Positions 17,136 to 26,233 of a stretch of DNA of 38,561 bases are shown here, piece by piece (positions within the stretch are counted from its first letter, which is position 1; each line of letters opens with the position of its first letter). The notes beneath the pieces were generated by a model that saw nothing but the letters and a program-made list of their open reading frames with translations, made no database searches and was not told where the DNA came from. The DNA comes from a phage. A program made the position numbers and the translations under genes. The DNA lies in sequence record PZ344858.1; one strand, 5' to 3'.

Positions 17136-19292
17136 ATGATCGTTTCTGACATCGAAGCTAACGCCCTCTTAGAGAGCGTCACTAAGTTCCACTGCGGGGT
17201 TATCTACGACTACTCCACCGATGAGTACGTAAGCTACCGACCGAGTGACTTCGGTGCGTATCTGGATGCGCTGGAAGCCGAGGTTGCACGAGGCGGTCTT
17301 ATTGTGTTCCACAACGGTCACAAGTATGACGTTCCCGCATTGACCAAACTGGCAAAGCTACAATTGAACCGTGAGTTCCACCTACCCCGTGAGAACTGTA
17401 TTGACACACTTGTGTTGTCACGCTTGATTCACTCCAACCTGAAAGACACCGATATGGGTCTTCTGCGTTCCGGTAAGTTGCCTGGTAAACGCTTTGGGTC
17501 TCACGCTCTGGAGGCGTGGGGCTATCGCTTAGGTGAAATGAAAGGTGAATACAAGGATGACTTTAAGCATATGCTTGAAGAGCAAGGTGAAGAATACGTT
17601 GATGGCATGGAGTGGTGGAACTTCAACGAAGAGATGATGGCCTATAACGTTCAGGACGTTGTGGTCACTAAGGCTCTCCTTGAGAAGCTACTCTCTGACA
17701 AACATTACTTCCCTCCTGAGATTGACTTTACGGACGTAGGATACACTACGTTCTGGTCAGAATCCCTTGAGGCCGTTGACGTTGAACATCGCGCTGCATG
17801 GCTACTCGCTAAGCAAGAGCGCAATGGATTCCCGTTTGACACGAAAGCAATCGAAGAGTTGTACGTAGAGTTAGCTGCTCGTCGCTCTGAGTTGCTCCGC
17901 AAATTGACCGAAACGTTCGGCTCGTGGTATCAGCCTAAAGGTGGCACCGAAATGTTCTGCCACCCGAGGACTGGTAAGCCATTGCCTAAATATCCTCGCA
18001 TTAAGACACCTAAAGTTGGTGGCATCTTTAAGAAGCCTAAGAACAAGGCACAGAGAGAAGGCCGTGAGCCTTGCGAACTGGATACCCGCGAGTACGTTGC
18101 TGGTGCTCCTTATACGCCAGTTGAGCACGTAGTGTTTAACCCTTCGTCTCGTGACCACATCCAGAAGAAACTTCAAGAGGCTGGATGGGTCCCGACTAAG
18201 TACACCGATAAAGGTGCACCTGTGGTGGATGATGAGGTACTCGAAGGAGTAAAAGTAGATGACCCTGAGAAGCAAGCCGCTATCGACCTTATTAAAGAAT
18301 ACTTGATGATTCAGAAGAGAATCGGACAATCTGCTGAGGGAGACAAGGCATGGCTTCGTTACGTTGCTGAGGATGGTAAAATTCATGGTTCTGTTAACCC
18401 CAATGGTGCTGTTACTGGGCGCGCTACTCACGCTTTCCCTAACCTCGCACAGGTACCCGGTGTCCGCTCTCCTTATGGTGATCGGTGCCGCTCTGCTTTT
18501 GGCGCTGAACATCACCTAGATGGACTTACAGGTAAGCCTTGGGTTCAGGCTGGTATAGACGCCTCAGGTCTGGAGTTGCGCTGCTTGGCCCACTTCATGG
18601 CTCGATTTGACAACGGTGAGTATGCTCACGAGATTCTCAATGGCGATATTCACTGGAAGAACGCAATTGCTGCCGACTTAGCACCAAACGTTGCCCGTGA
18701 TAAACACAATAAGGAACACGACCTAATGCGTGATAACGCCAAGACGTTTATCTATGGGTTCCTCTATGGTGCTGGTGATGAGAAGACTGGTCAGATTGTA
18801 GGTGCTGGTAAAGAACGCGGTAAGGAACTCAAGAAGAAATTCCTTGAGAACACCCCAGCGATTGCCGCACTCCGAGAGTCTATCCAACAGGCTCTTGTTG
18901 AGTCCTCTCAGTGGGTAGCGGGTGAACAACAAGTCAAGTGGAAACGCCGCTGGATTAAAGGTCTGGATGGTCGTAAGGTACACGTTCGTAGTCCTCACGC
19001 TGCCTTGAATACCCTACTGCAATCTGCTGGTGCTCTCATCTGCAAACTGTGGATTATCAAGACCGAAGAGATGCTCGTAGAGAAAGGCTTGAAGCACGGC
19101 TGGGATGGGGACTTTGCGTACATGGCATGGGTACATGACGAAATCCAAGTAGGTTGCCGTACCGAAGAGATTGCTCAGGTGGTCATTGAGACCGCACAAG
19201 AAGCAATGCGCTGGGTTGGAGACCACTGGAACTTCCGGTGTCTTCTGGATACCGAAGGTAAGATTGGTCCTAATTGGGCGATTTGCCATTAA
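17136..19292 (+). CDS. 5: DNA polymerase with 3'-5' exonuclease (T7 gp5 homolog)
   Basis: 718 aa; family A polymerase motifs ([26 protein letters not shown]); near-identical to T7 gp5 except for a short insertion. Confidence 0.97.
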
Positions 19293-19305
19293 AGGAGGTA
19301 TACAA

Positions 19306-19662
19306 GTGGATTCGAAACACGTCACTGGTGCTGCGTCGGAACTACTTGTTGCCTACAAGTTTACCAAGGCTGGGTACACTGTGTATTACCCTATGCTTAC
19401 TCAAAGTAAAGAGGACTTAGTTGTATGTAAGGATGGTAAATTTAGTAAGGTGCAGGTTAAGACTGCGACAGCGTTAACTGTTGGCGGAAGTACGGCACAT
19501 CAAGTCAGACTAGGCGGTTGTGGTAGAGCGTCCTACAAGGATGGCGACTTTGACCTACTGGCTGCTGTGGTGGAAGATGAAGTCCTCCTGTACACATGGG
19601 AGGAAGTTAAAGGCAAGACCTCTATGTGCGTAGGTAAGCGCAACAAAGGCGTTAAACTATAG
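19306..19662 (+). CDS. 5.3: gp5.3-like protein
   Basis: 118 aa from a GTG start 7 nt after RBS aaaggagg; size matches T7 gp5.3 as recalled; the ORF-track version 19171-19662 overlaps the gene 5 3' end. Confidence 0.65.
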   Translation: MDSKHVTGAASELLVAYKFTKAGYTVYYPMLTQSKEDLVVCKDGKFSKVQVKTATALTVGGSTAHQVRLGGCGRASYKDGDFDLLAAVVEDEVLLYTWEEVKGKTSMCVGKRNKGVKL

Positions 19663-19673
19663 GAGAAATTATT

Positions 19674-19970
19674 ATGGCTATCACTAAGAAATTTAAAGTG
19701 TCCTTTGATGTTACCCTTAAGCTGGACAGCGAGACCGAGGAACTGATGCGAGAAAAGATTCTGGACTTAGCTCATCGTGCTGGCGCTGGTGAGGAGATTG
19801 CTCCTATGGACCGAGAGTTACTAGTCCAAGCTCTGACCCGTGGTCCAGACGGTGCTGCTGCATTTGCTGTACGACAAGGCATCCGTAATGCTGTCAAGGA
19901 GATGTTCGAAGAGTCTGGTGATAAATCACTGTTCAAACAATCTCCTGCAACTGTACGGGAGGTGTTCTGA
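19674..19970 (+). CDS. 5.5: gp5.5-like protein (binds host H-NS in T7)
   Basis: 98 aa, RBS aggag. Confidence 0.85.
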   Translation: MAITKKFKVSFDVTLKLDSETEELMREKILDLAHRAGAGEEIAPMDRELLVQALTRGPDGAAAFAVRQGIRNAVKEMFEESGDKSLFKQSPATVREVF

Positions 19971-20179
19971 TGTCTGACTACTTGAAAGTGCTGCAAGCAA
20001 TCAAAAGTTGCCCTAAGACTTTCCAGTCCAACTATGTACGGAACAATGCGAGCCTCGTAGCGGAGGCCGCTTCCCGTGGTCACATCTCATGTCTGACCAC
20101 AAGTGGACGAAACGGTGGTGCTTGGGAAATCACTGCTTCTGGTACTCGCTTTCTGAAACGAATGGGAGGATGTGTCTAA
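19970..20179 (+). CDS. 5.7: gp5.7-like protein
   Basis: 69 aa; start overlaps the 5.5 stop. Confidence 0.8.
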   Translation: MSDYLKVLQAIKSCPKTFQSNYVRNNASLVAEAASRGHISCLTTSGRNGGAWEITASGTRFLKRMGGCV

Positions 20180-20337
20180 TGGTACGTGACACTGTGACAA
20201 TTCCTCGTGATGCGTGGAACGATATGCAGGGTTATATTGATTCTCTGGAACGCGAGAACGATAGCCTTAAGAACCAACTTATGGAAGCTGACGAATACGT
20301 GGCTGAGCTAGAGGAGAAACTTAATGGCGCTTCTTGA
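20179..20337 (+). CDS. 5.9: gp5.9-like RecBCD inhibitor
   Basis: 52 aa MVRDTVTIPRDAWNDMQGYIDSLERENDSLKNQLMEADEYVAELEEKLNGAS; RBS gggagga; near-identical to T7 gp5.9 as recalled. Confidence 0.8.
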   Translation: MVRDTVTIPRDAWNDMQGYIDSLERENDSLKNQLMEADEYVAELEEKLNGAS

Positions 20338-21226
20338 CCTTAAACAGTTCTATGAGTTACGCGAAGGCTGTGACGACAAAGGTATCCTTGTGATGGATGG
20401 TGACTGGCTGGTCTTCCAAGCTATGAGTGCTGCTGAGTTTGATGCCTCATGGGAGGAAGAGATTTGGCACCGCTGCTGTGACCACGCTAAGGCACGTCAG
20501 ATTCTGGATGATTCCATCAAGTCCTATGAGACCCGTAAGAAGGCTTGGGTAGGCGCTCCGATTGTCCTTGCGTTCACAGATAGTGTCAACTGGCGTAAAG
20601 AATTGGTAGACCCTAACTACAAGGCTAACCGTAAGGCCACGAAGAAACCTGTAGGTTACTTTGAGTTCCTTGACGCTCTCTTTGAGCGCGAAGAGTTCTA
20701 CTGCATCCGCGAGCCTATGCTTGAGGGCGATGACGTTATGGGAGTGATTGCTTCCAATCCGTCTGCATTCGGTGCCCGTAAAGCTGTAATTATCTCGTGC
20801 GATAAGGACTTTAAGACCATCCCTAACTGTGACTTCCTGTGGTGTACCACTGGTAACATCCTGACTCAGACCGAAGAGTCCGCTGACTGGTGGCACCTAT
20901 TCCAGACAATCAAAGGTGACATTACCGATGGTTACTCAGGGATTGCTGGGTGGGGTGATACTGCCGAGGACTTCTTGAATAACCCGTTCATAACCGAGCC
21001 TAAAACGTCTGTGCTTAAGTCTGGGAAGAACAAAGGGCAAGAGGTTACTAAGTGGATTAAGCGCGACCCTGAGCCACATGAGACGCTCTGGGACTGTATT
21101 AAGTCCATTGGCGCTAAGGCTGGTATGACCGAAGAGGATGTTATCAAGCAGGGCCAGATGGCTCGCATCCTGCGGTTCAACGAGTACAACTTTATTGACA
21201 AGGAGATTTACCTGTGGAGACCGTAG
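20324..21226 (+). CDS. 6: 5'-3' exonuclease (T7 gp6 homolog)
   Basis: 300 aa, same length as T7 gp6. Confidence 0.95.
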   Translation: MALLDLKQFYELREGCDDKGILVMDGDWLVFQAMSAAEFDASWEEEIWHRCCDHAKARQILDDSIKSYETRKKAWVGAPIVLAFTDSVNWRKELVDPNYKANRKATKKPVGYFEFLDALFEREEFYCIREPMLEGDDVMGVIASNPSAFGARKAVIISCDKDFKTIPNCDFLWCTTGNILTQTEESADWWHLFQTIKGDITDGYSGIAGWGDTAEDFLNNPFITEPKTSVLKSGKNKGQEVTKWIKRDPEPHETLWDCIKSIGAKAGMTEEDVIKQGQMARILRFNEYNFIDKEIYLWRP

Positions 21227-21327
21227 CATATATTGGTATTGGCCTTTGTGTTATCGGAATGGGCCTCATTGCGTGGGGCCTTTGGGACTTAGCCCAAATA
21301 ATCAAGAAGATACACGACTATAAGTGA
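21214..21327 (+). CDS. 6.3: gp6.3-like small hydrophobic protein
   Basis: 37 aa from GTG with RBS aaggag 8 nt upstream: VETVAYIGIGLCVIGMGLIAWGLWDLAQIIKKIHDYK; size equals T7 gp6.3. Confidence 0.5.
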   Translation: METVAYIGIGLCVIGMGLIAWGLWDLAQIIKKIHDYK

Positions 21328-21365
21328 TAAACTCAAGGTCCAGGGGCCTTTATGATTATTACTTT
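21324..21365 (+). promoter_or_regulatory. RNase III-type processing hairpin (R6.5-like), without an associated T7 promoter
   Basis: gtgataaactcaaggtccaggggcctttatgattattacttt. Confidence 0.5.
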
Positions 21366-21394
21366 AAGATTTAACTCTAAGAGGAATCTTTATC

Positions 21395-21649
21395 ATGTTA
21401 ACACCTATTAACCAATTACTTAAGAACCCTAACGATATTCCAGATGTACCTCGTACAACTGCTGAGTATCTACAGGTTCGATTCAATTATGCGTATCTAG
21501 AAGCGTCTGGTCATATAGGACTTATGCGTGCTAATGGTTGTAGTGAAGCCCACATCTTGGGTTTCATTCAGGGCCTACAGTATGCCTCTAACGTCATTGA
21601 CGAGATTGAGTTACGCAAGGAACAACTAAGAGATGATGGGGAGGATTGA
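21395..21649 (+). CDS. 6.5: gp6.5-like protein
   Basis: 84 aa, RBS aagagga. Confidence 0.8.
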   Translation: MLTPINQLLKNPNDIPDVPRTTAEYLQVRFNYAYLEASGHIGLMRANGCSEAHILGFIQGLQYASNVIDEIELRKEQLRDDGED

Positions 21650-21653
21650 CCTT

Positions 21654-21920
21654 ATGTGTTTCTCACCGAAAGTTAAAGTTCCGAAGATGGATACCAATCA
21701 GGTTCGAGCCGTTGAGCCAGCACCCCTGACCCAAGAAGTCTCAGGTGTGGAGTTCGGTGGGTCTTCTGATGAGACGGATACCGAGGGCACCGAAGTGTCT
21801 GGACGCAAAGACCTCAAGGTCGAACGCGACGATTCCGTAGCGAAGTCTAAAGCCGCTGGTTCTGGCTCTGCTCGTATGAAATCTTCAATCCGTAAGTCTG
21901 CATTCGGAGGTAAGAAGTAA
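21654..21920 (+). CDS. 6.7: gp6.7-like virion protein
   Basis: 88 aa starting MCFSPKVKVPK with RBS ggggagga; ORF-track start at 21633 is an extension. Confidence 0.8.
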   Translation: MCFSPKVKVPKMDTNQVRAVEPAPLTQEVSGVEFGGSSDETDTEGTEVSGRKDLKVERDDSVAKSKAAGSGSARMKSSIRKSAFGGKK

Positions 21921-22321
21921 TGTCTGAGTTCACATGTGTGGAGGCGAAAAGTCGCTTCCGTGCAATCCAATGGACTGTAGAGCACCTTGGGTTGCCTAAA
22001 GGATTCGAAGGACACTTTATTGGCTACAGCCTCTACGTTGACGAAGTTATGGACACGTCTGGTTGCCACGAAGAGTACATTCTGGACTCTACTGGAAAAC
22101 ATGTAGCGTACTTCGCGTGGTGCGTAAGCTGTGACATTCACCATAAAGGTGACATTCTGGATGTAACGTCCGTTGTCATTAACCCTGAGGCAGACTCTAA
22201 AGGCTTACAGCGATTCCTTGCGAAACGCTTTAAGTGCCTTGCAGAACTCCATGATTGCGATTGGGTGTCCCGCTGCAAACACGAAGGCGAGACAATGCGT
22301 ATATACTTTAAGGAGGTATAA
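21920..22321 (+). CDS. 7: gp7-like host-specificity protein
   Basis: 133 aa, same length as T7 gp7. Confidence 0.85.
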   Translation: MSEFTCVEAKSRFRAIQWTVEHLGLPKGFEGHFIGYSLYVDEVMDTSGCHEEYILDSTGKHVAYFAWCVSCDIHHKGDILDVTSVVINPEADSKGLQRFLAKRFKCLAELHDCDWVSRCKHEGETMRIYFKEV

Positions 22322-22324
22322 GTT

Positions 22325-22630
22325 ATGGGTAAGAAAATTAAGAAGGCCGTGAAGAAAGTCACTAAGTCCGTTAAGAAAGTCGTTAAGGAAGTGGCTCGTC
22401 CGGTTAAACAGGTTGCCAGCGGTCTGGCTGGTGGTGCTGGTGAGGCACAGGTAGTGGAAGTGCCACAAGCTGCCGCTGCTACTCCTGCTGCACAGATTGT
22501 TGACGTACCTGAGAAAGAGGTTTCCACTGAGGATGAAGCACAGACCGAAAGCGGACGTAAGAAAGCCCGTGCTGGCGGTAAGAAGTCATTAAGTGTGGCT
22601 CGTAGCTCCGGTGGCGGCATCAATATTTGA
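22325..22630 (+). CDS. 7.3: gp7.3-like tail/adsorption protein
   Basis: 101 aa, lysine/alanine-rich, RBS aaggaggt. Confidence 0.85.
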   Translation: MGKKIKKAVKKVTKSVKKVVKEVARPVKQVASGLAGGAGEAQVVEVPQAAAATPAAQIVDVPEKEVSTEDEAQTESGRKKARAGGKKSLSVARSSGGGINI

Positions 22631-22644
22631 TCAGGAGGTGACAC

Positions 22645-24261
22645 ATGGCTGAGAAGCGTACAGGTCTAGCCGAGGAAGGTGCTAAGTCGGTCTATGAACG
22701 ATTGAAGAACGACCGTGCCCCGTATGAGACTCGTGCTCAAAACTGCGCTCAGTACACCATTCCGTCCCTCTTCCCTAAGGACTCCGATAACGCATCTACA
22801 GACTACACAACTCCGTGGCAAGCTGTGGGTGCTCGCGGTCTCAATAACTTGGCCTCTAAGCTCATGCTGGCTCTCTTCCCTATGCAAACGTGGATGAAAC
22901 TGACCATCTCTGAGTTTGAGGCCAAACAGTTACTGGATGACCCCGATGGACTCGCTAAGGTTGATGAGGGCCTCTCAATGGTAGAGCGCATCATCATGAA
23001 CTACATTGAGTCTAACAGCTACCGAGTGACTCTCTTCGAGGCTCTCAAGCAGTTAGTCGTTGCTGGCAACGTCCTGCTGTACCTACCGGAACCAGAAGGG
23101 TCGAACTATAATCCCATGAAGCTGTACCGATTGTCTTCTTATGTGGTCCAACGAGACGCATTCGGCAACGTTCTGCAAATGGTGACTCGCGACCAGATAG
23201 CTTTCGGAGCACTCCCTGAGGATGTCCGTAAGGCTGTAGAAGGTCAAGGTGGTGAGAAGAAACCTGATGAGACCATTGATGTGTACACTCACGTCTATCT
23301 GGATGAAGAATCAGGGGAGTATCTCCGCTACGAAGAGGTTGAGGGTATGGAGGTCCAAGGCTCAGACGGGTCTTACCCTAAAGAGGCTTGTCCATACATC
23401 CCGATTCGAATGGTTCGACTCGACGGTGAATCCTACGGTCGTTCGTACATTGAGGAATACTTAGGTGACTTACGGTCCCTTGAGAATCTCCAAGAGGCTA
23501 TCGTCAAGATGTCCATGATTAGCTCTAAGGTTATCGGCTTAGTGAATCCTGCTGGTATCACCCAGCCACGCCGACTGACCAAAGCTCAGACTGGTGACTT
23601 CGTTACTGGTCGTCCAGAAGACATCTCATTCCTACAACTGGAGAAGCAAGCAGACTTTACTGTAGCTAAAGCCGTAAGTGACGCTATTGAGGCTCGCCTT
23701 TCGTTTGCCTTCATGTTGAACTCTGCGGTTCAGCGCACTGGTGAACGTGTGACCGCCGAAGAGATTCGGTACGTTGCGTCAGAACTTGAAGATACTTTAG
23801 GTGGTGTCTACTCTATCCTTTCTCAAGAATTACAATTGCCTCTGGTACGAGTGCTCTTGAAGCAACTACAAGCCACGCAACAGATTCCTGAGTTACCTAA
23901 GGAAGCCGTAGAGCCAACTATTAGTACAGGTCTGGAAGCAATCGGTCGTGGTCAAGACCTTGATAAGCTGGAACGCTGTGTCTCTGCATGGGCTGCTCTG
24001 GCCCCTATGCGCGATGACCCAGACATCAACCTTGCGATGATTAAGTTACGCATTGCTAACGCTATCGGTATTGACACTTCTGGCATCCTTCTTACCGAAG
24101 AGCAGAAGCAACAGAAGATGGCTCAACAGTCTGTTCAAATGGGTATGGATAATGGCGCTGCTGCGCTTGGTCAAGGTATGGCTGCACAGGCTACGGCTTC
24201 ACCTGAGGCTATGGCTGCTGCCGCTGATTCCGTTGGTTTACAGCCGGTCCAGATTGAGTGA
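22645..24261 (+). CDS. 8: Head-to-tail connector (portal) protein (T7 gp8 homolog)
   Basis: 538 aa, RBS aggaggt; follows 7.3 directly with no gene 7.7. Confidence 0.97.
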   Translation: MAEKRTGLAEEGAKSVYERLKNDRAPYETRAQNCAQYTIPSLFPKDSDNASTDYTTPWQAVGARGLNNLASKLMLALFPMQTWMKLTISEFEAKQLLDDPDGLAKVDEGLSMVERIIMNYIESNSYRVTLFEALKQLVVAGNVLLYLPEPEGSNYNPMKLYRLSSYVVQRDAFGNVLQMVTRDQIAFGALPEDVRKAVEGQGGEKKPDETIDVYTHVYLDEESGEYLRYEEVEGMEVQGSDGSYPKEACPYIPIRMVRLDGESYGRSYIEEYLGDLRSLENLQEAIVKMSMISSKVIGLVNPAGITQPRRLTKAQTGDFVTGRPEDISFLQLEKQADFTVAKAVSDAIEARLSFAFMLNSAVQRTGERVTAEEIRYVASELEDTLGGVYSILSQELQLPLVRVLLKQLQATQQIPELPKEAVEPTISTGLEAIGRGQDLDKLERCVSAWAALAPMRDDPDINLAMIKLRIANAIGIDTSGILLTEEQKQQKMAQQSVQMGMDNGAAALGQGMAAQATASPEAMAAAADSVGLQPVQIE

Positions 24262-24329
24262 GGTCTGGTCTCAAGGTTCGAGTCCTTGGGTGTCCCTTAG
24301 TTCTTTAAATTGGAATGGAGATAACAATA

Positions 24330-25253
24330 ATGGCTGAATCTAATGCTGATGTATATGCGTCCTTCGGCGTAAACTCCGCTGTGATGTCTGGTGGTTCCGT
24401 TGAGGAACACGAGCAGAATATGCTGGCTCTGGATGTTGCTGCCCGTGATGGCGATGATGCAATCGAGTTAGCGTCCGACGAAGATGAAACTGAACGTGAC
24501 CTGTATGACAACTCTGACCCGTTCGGTCAAGAGGACGATGAGGGCCGTATTCAGGTTCGCATTGGTGATGGTTCTGAGCCGACTGATGTGGACACTGGGG
24601 AAGAAGGTTTTGATGGCACAGAAGGTTCCGAAGAGTTTACCCCACTGGGTGAGACTCCAGAAGAACTGGTAGCTGCCTCTGAGCAACTTGGTGAGCACGA
24701 AGAGGGCTTCCAAGAGATGATTAACATTGCTGCCGAGCGTGGCATGAGTGCTGAGACCATTGAGGCAATCCAGCGTGAGTACGAGGAGAACGAAGAGCTA
24801 TCCGCTGCATCCTACGCTAAGCTGGCTGAAATTGGTTACACTAAGGCTTTCATCGACTCATACATCCGTGGTCAAGAAGCTCTGGTGGAGCAGTACGTAA
24901 ACAGTGTAGTTGAGTATGCTGGCGGTCGTGAGCGTTTTGATGCGCTGTACAATCACCTTGAGACTCACAACCCTGAGGCTGCACAATCGCTGGACAATGC
25001 GCTGACCAATCGCGACTTAGCGACCGTTAAGGCTATCATTAACTTGGCTGGCGAGTCTCGTGCTAAGGCGTTCGGTCGTAAGCCCACTCGTAGTGTAACC
25101 AGTCGAGCTATTCCGGCTAAACCTCAAGCGACTAAGCGTGAAGGCTTTGCTGACCGTAGCGAGATGATTAAGGCTATGAGTGACCCTCGGTATCGCACCG
25201 ATGCAAACTATCGTCGTCAAGTCGAACAGAAAGTGATCGACTCTAACTTCTGA
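24330..25253 (+). CDS. 9: Capsid assembly (scaffolding) protein (T7 gp9 homolog)
   Basis: 307 aa from MAESNADVYASFGV with RBS ggag 9 nt upstream; highly acidic; ORF-track start at 24315 has no RBS. Confidence 0.9.
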   Translation: MAESNADVYASFGVNSAVMSGGSVEEHEQNMLALDVAARDGDDAIELASDEDETERDLYDNSDPFGQEDDEGRIQVRIGDGSEPTDVDTGEEGFDGTEGSEEFTPLGETPEELVAASEQLGEHEEGFQEMINIAAERGMSAETIEAIQREYEENEELSAASYAKLAEIGYTKAFIDSYIRGQEALVEQYVNSVVEYAGGRERFDALYNHLETHNPEAAQSLDNALTNRDLATVKAIINLAGESRAKAFGRKPTRSVTSRAIPAKPQATKREGFADRSEMIKAMSDPRYRTDANYRRQVEQKVIDSNF

Positions 25254-25256
25254 TAG

Positions 25257-25526
25257 ACTCTCGCTGGCACCTCTCGCTCGGATGCTACCGGTCAGAAGCA
25301 CGCCTTCCCGGCTACTAAGAGCGGTACTGACAAGGTTGCTAAGGACAACGTTATCGGCCTGTTCATGCACCGCTCTGCGGTAGGTACTGTTAAGCTGCGT
25401 GACTTGGCTCTGGAACGTGCTCGCCGTGCTAACTTCCAAGCGGACCAGATTATCGCGAAGTACGCAATGGGCCACGGTGGTCTGCGTCCAGAAGCTGCTG
25501 GTGCTGTGGTTTTCACGGCAGCGTAA
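25257..25526 (+). pseudogene. 10: Remnant of the major capsid protein gene (3' end of T7 gene 10A homolog), without start codon, RBS or promoter
   Basis: In-frame translation ...TGQKHAFPATKSGTDKVAKDNVIGLFMHRSAVGTVKLRDLALERARRANFQADQIIAKYAMGHGGLRPEAAGAVVFTAA* matches the C-terminal part of T7 gp10A as recalled; preceded by TGA TAG. Confidence 0.8.
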
Positions 25527-25637
25527 TGCTGAAAGTGGCCTCAACGGTCGCTGCTAGTCCCGAAGAGGTGAGCATTACTACCGAAGAGAGTCTAACTCCA
25601 GCACAGAAAGCTGCACGCACACGCGCGCTCATACGAT

Positions 25638-26213
25638 ATGAACGTTGAGACTGCCGCTGAGTTATCCGCTGTGAACGACATTCTGGCATCTATCGGTGAA
25701 CCTCCGGTATCAACGCTGGAAGGTGACGCTAACGCAGATGTAGCGAACGCTCGGCGCATTCTCAATAAGATTAACCGACAGATTCAGTCTCGTGGCTGGA
25801 CGTTCAACATTGAGGAAGGCATAACGCTATTACCTGATGTTTACTCCAACCTGATTGTGTACAGCGATGACTATTTGTCACTAATGGCTACTTCCGGTCA
25901 ATCAGTCTATGTTAATCGAGGTGGCTATGTGTATGACCGAACGAGTCAATCTGACCGCTTTGAGTCTGGTATCACTGTTAACATTATCCGTCTACGAGAC
26001 TACGATGAGATGCCTGAGTGCTTCCGATACTGGATTGTCACTAAGGCTTCCCGTCAGTTCAACAACCGATTCTTTGGGGCACCAGAAGTAGAGGGTGTAC
26101 TACAAGAAGAGGAGGATGAGGCTCGACGTCTCTGTATGGAGTACGAAGTGGATTATGGCGGTTATAACATGCTGGATGGTGACGCGTTCACTTCTGGTCT
26201 ACTGACTCGCTAA
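25638..26213 (+). CDS. 11: Tail tubular protein A (T7 gp11 homolog), starting at an internal methionine relative to T7
   Basis: 191 aa [23 protein letters not shown]...; T7 gp11 begins MRSYDMNVE as recalled; no Shine-Dalgarno sequence upstream here. Confidence 0.85.
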   Translation: MNVETAAELSAVNDILASIGEPPVSTLEGDANADVANARRILNKINRQIQSRGWTFNIEEGITLLPDVYSNLIVYSDDYLSLMATSGQSVYVNRGGYVYDRTSQSDRFESGITVNIIRLRDYDEMPECFRYWIVTKASRQFNNRFFGAPEVEGVLQEEEDEARRLCMEYEVDYGGYNMLDGDAFTSGLLTR

Positions 26214-26233
26214 TAAGCATTAAGGAGGCTCTA

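Noticed and set aside
21300-21322. Promoter-like string atacacgactataagtga
   Set aside because: Resembles part of the T7 promoter core but lacks the CTCACTATAGG initiation region and lies inside the gene 6.3 coding sequence (KKIHDYK); not counted as a promoter.
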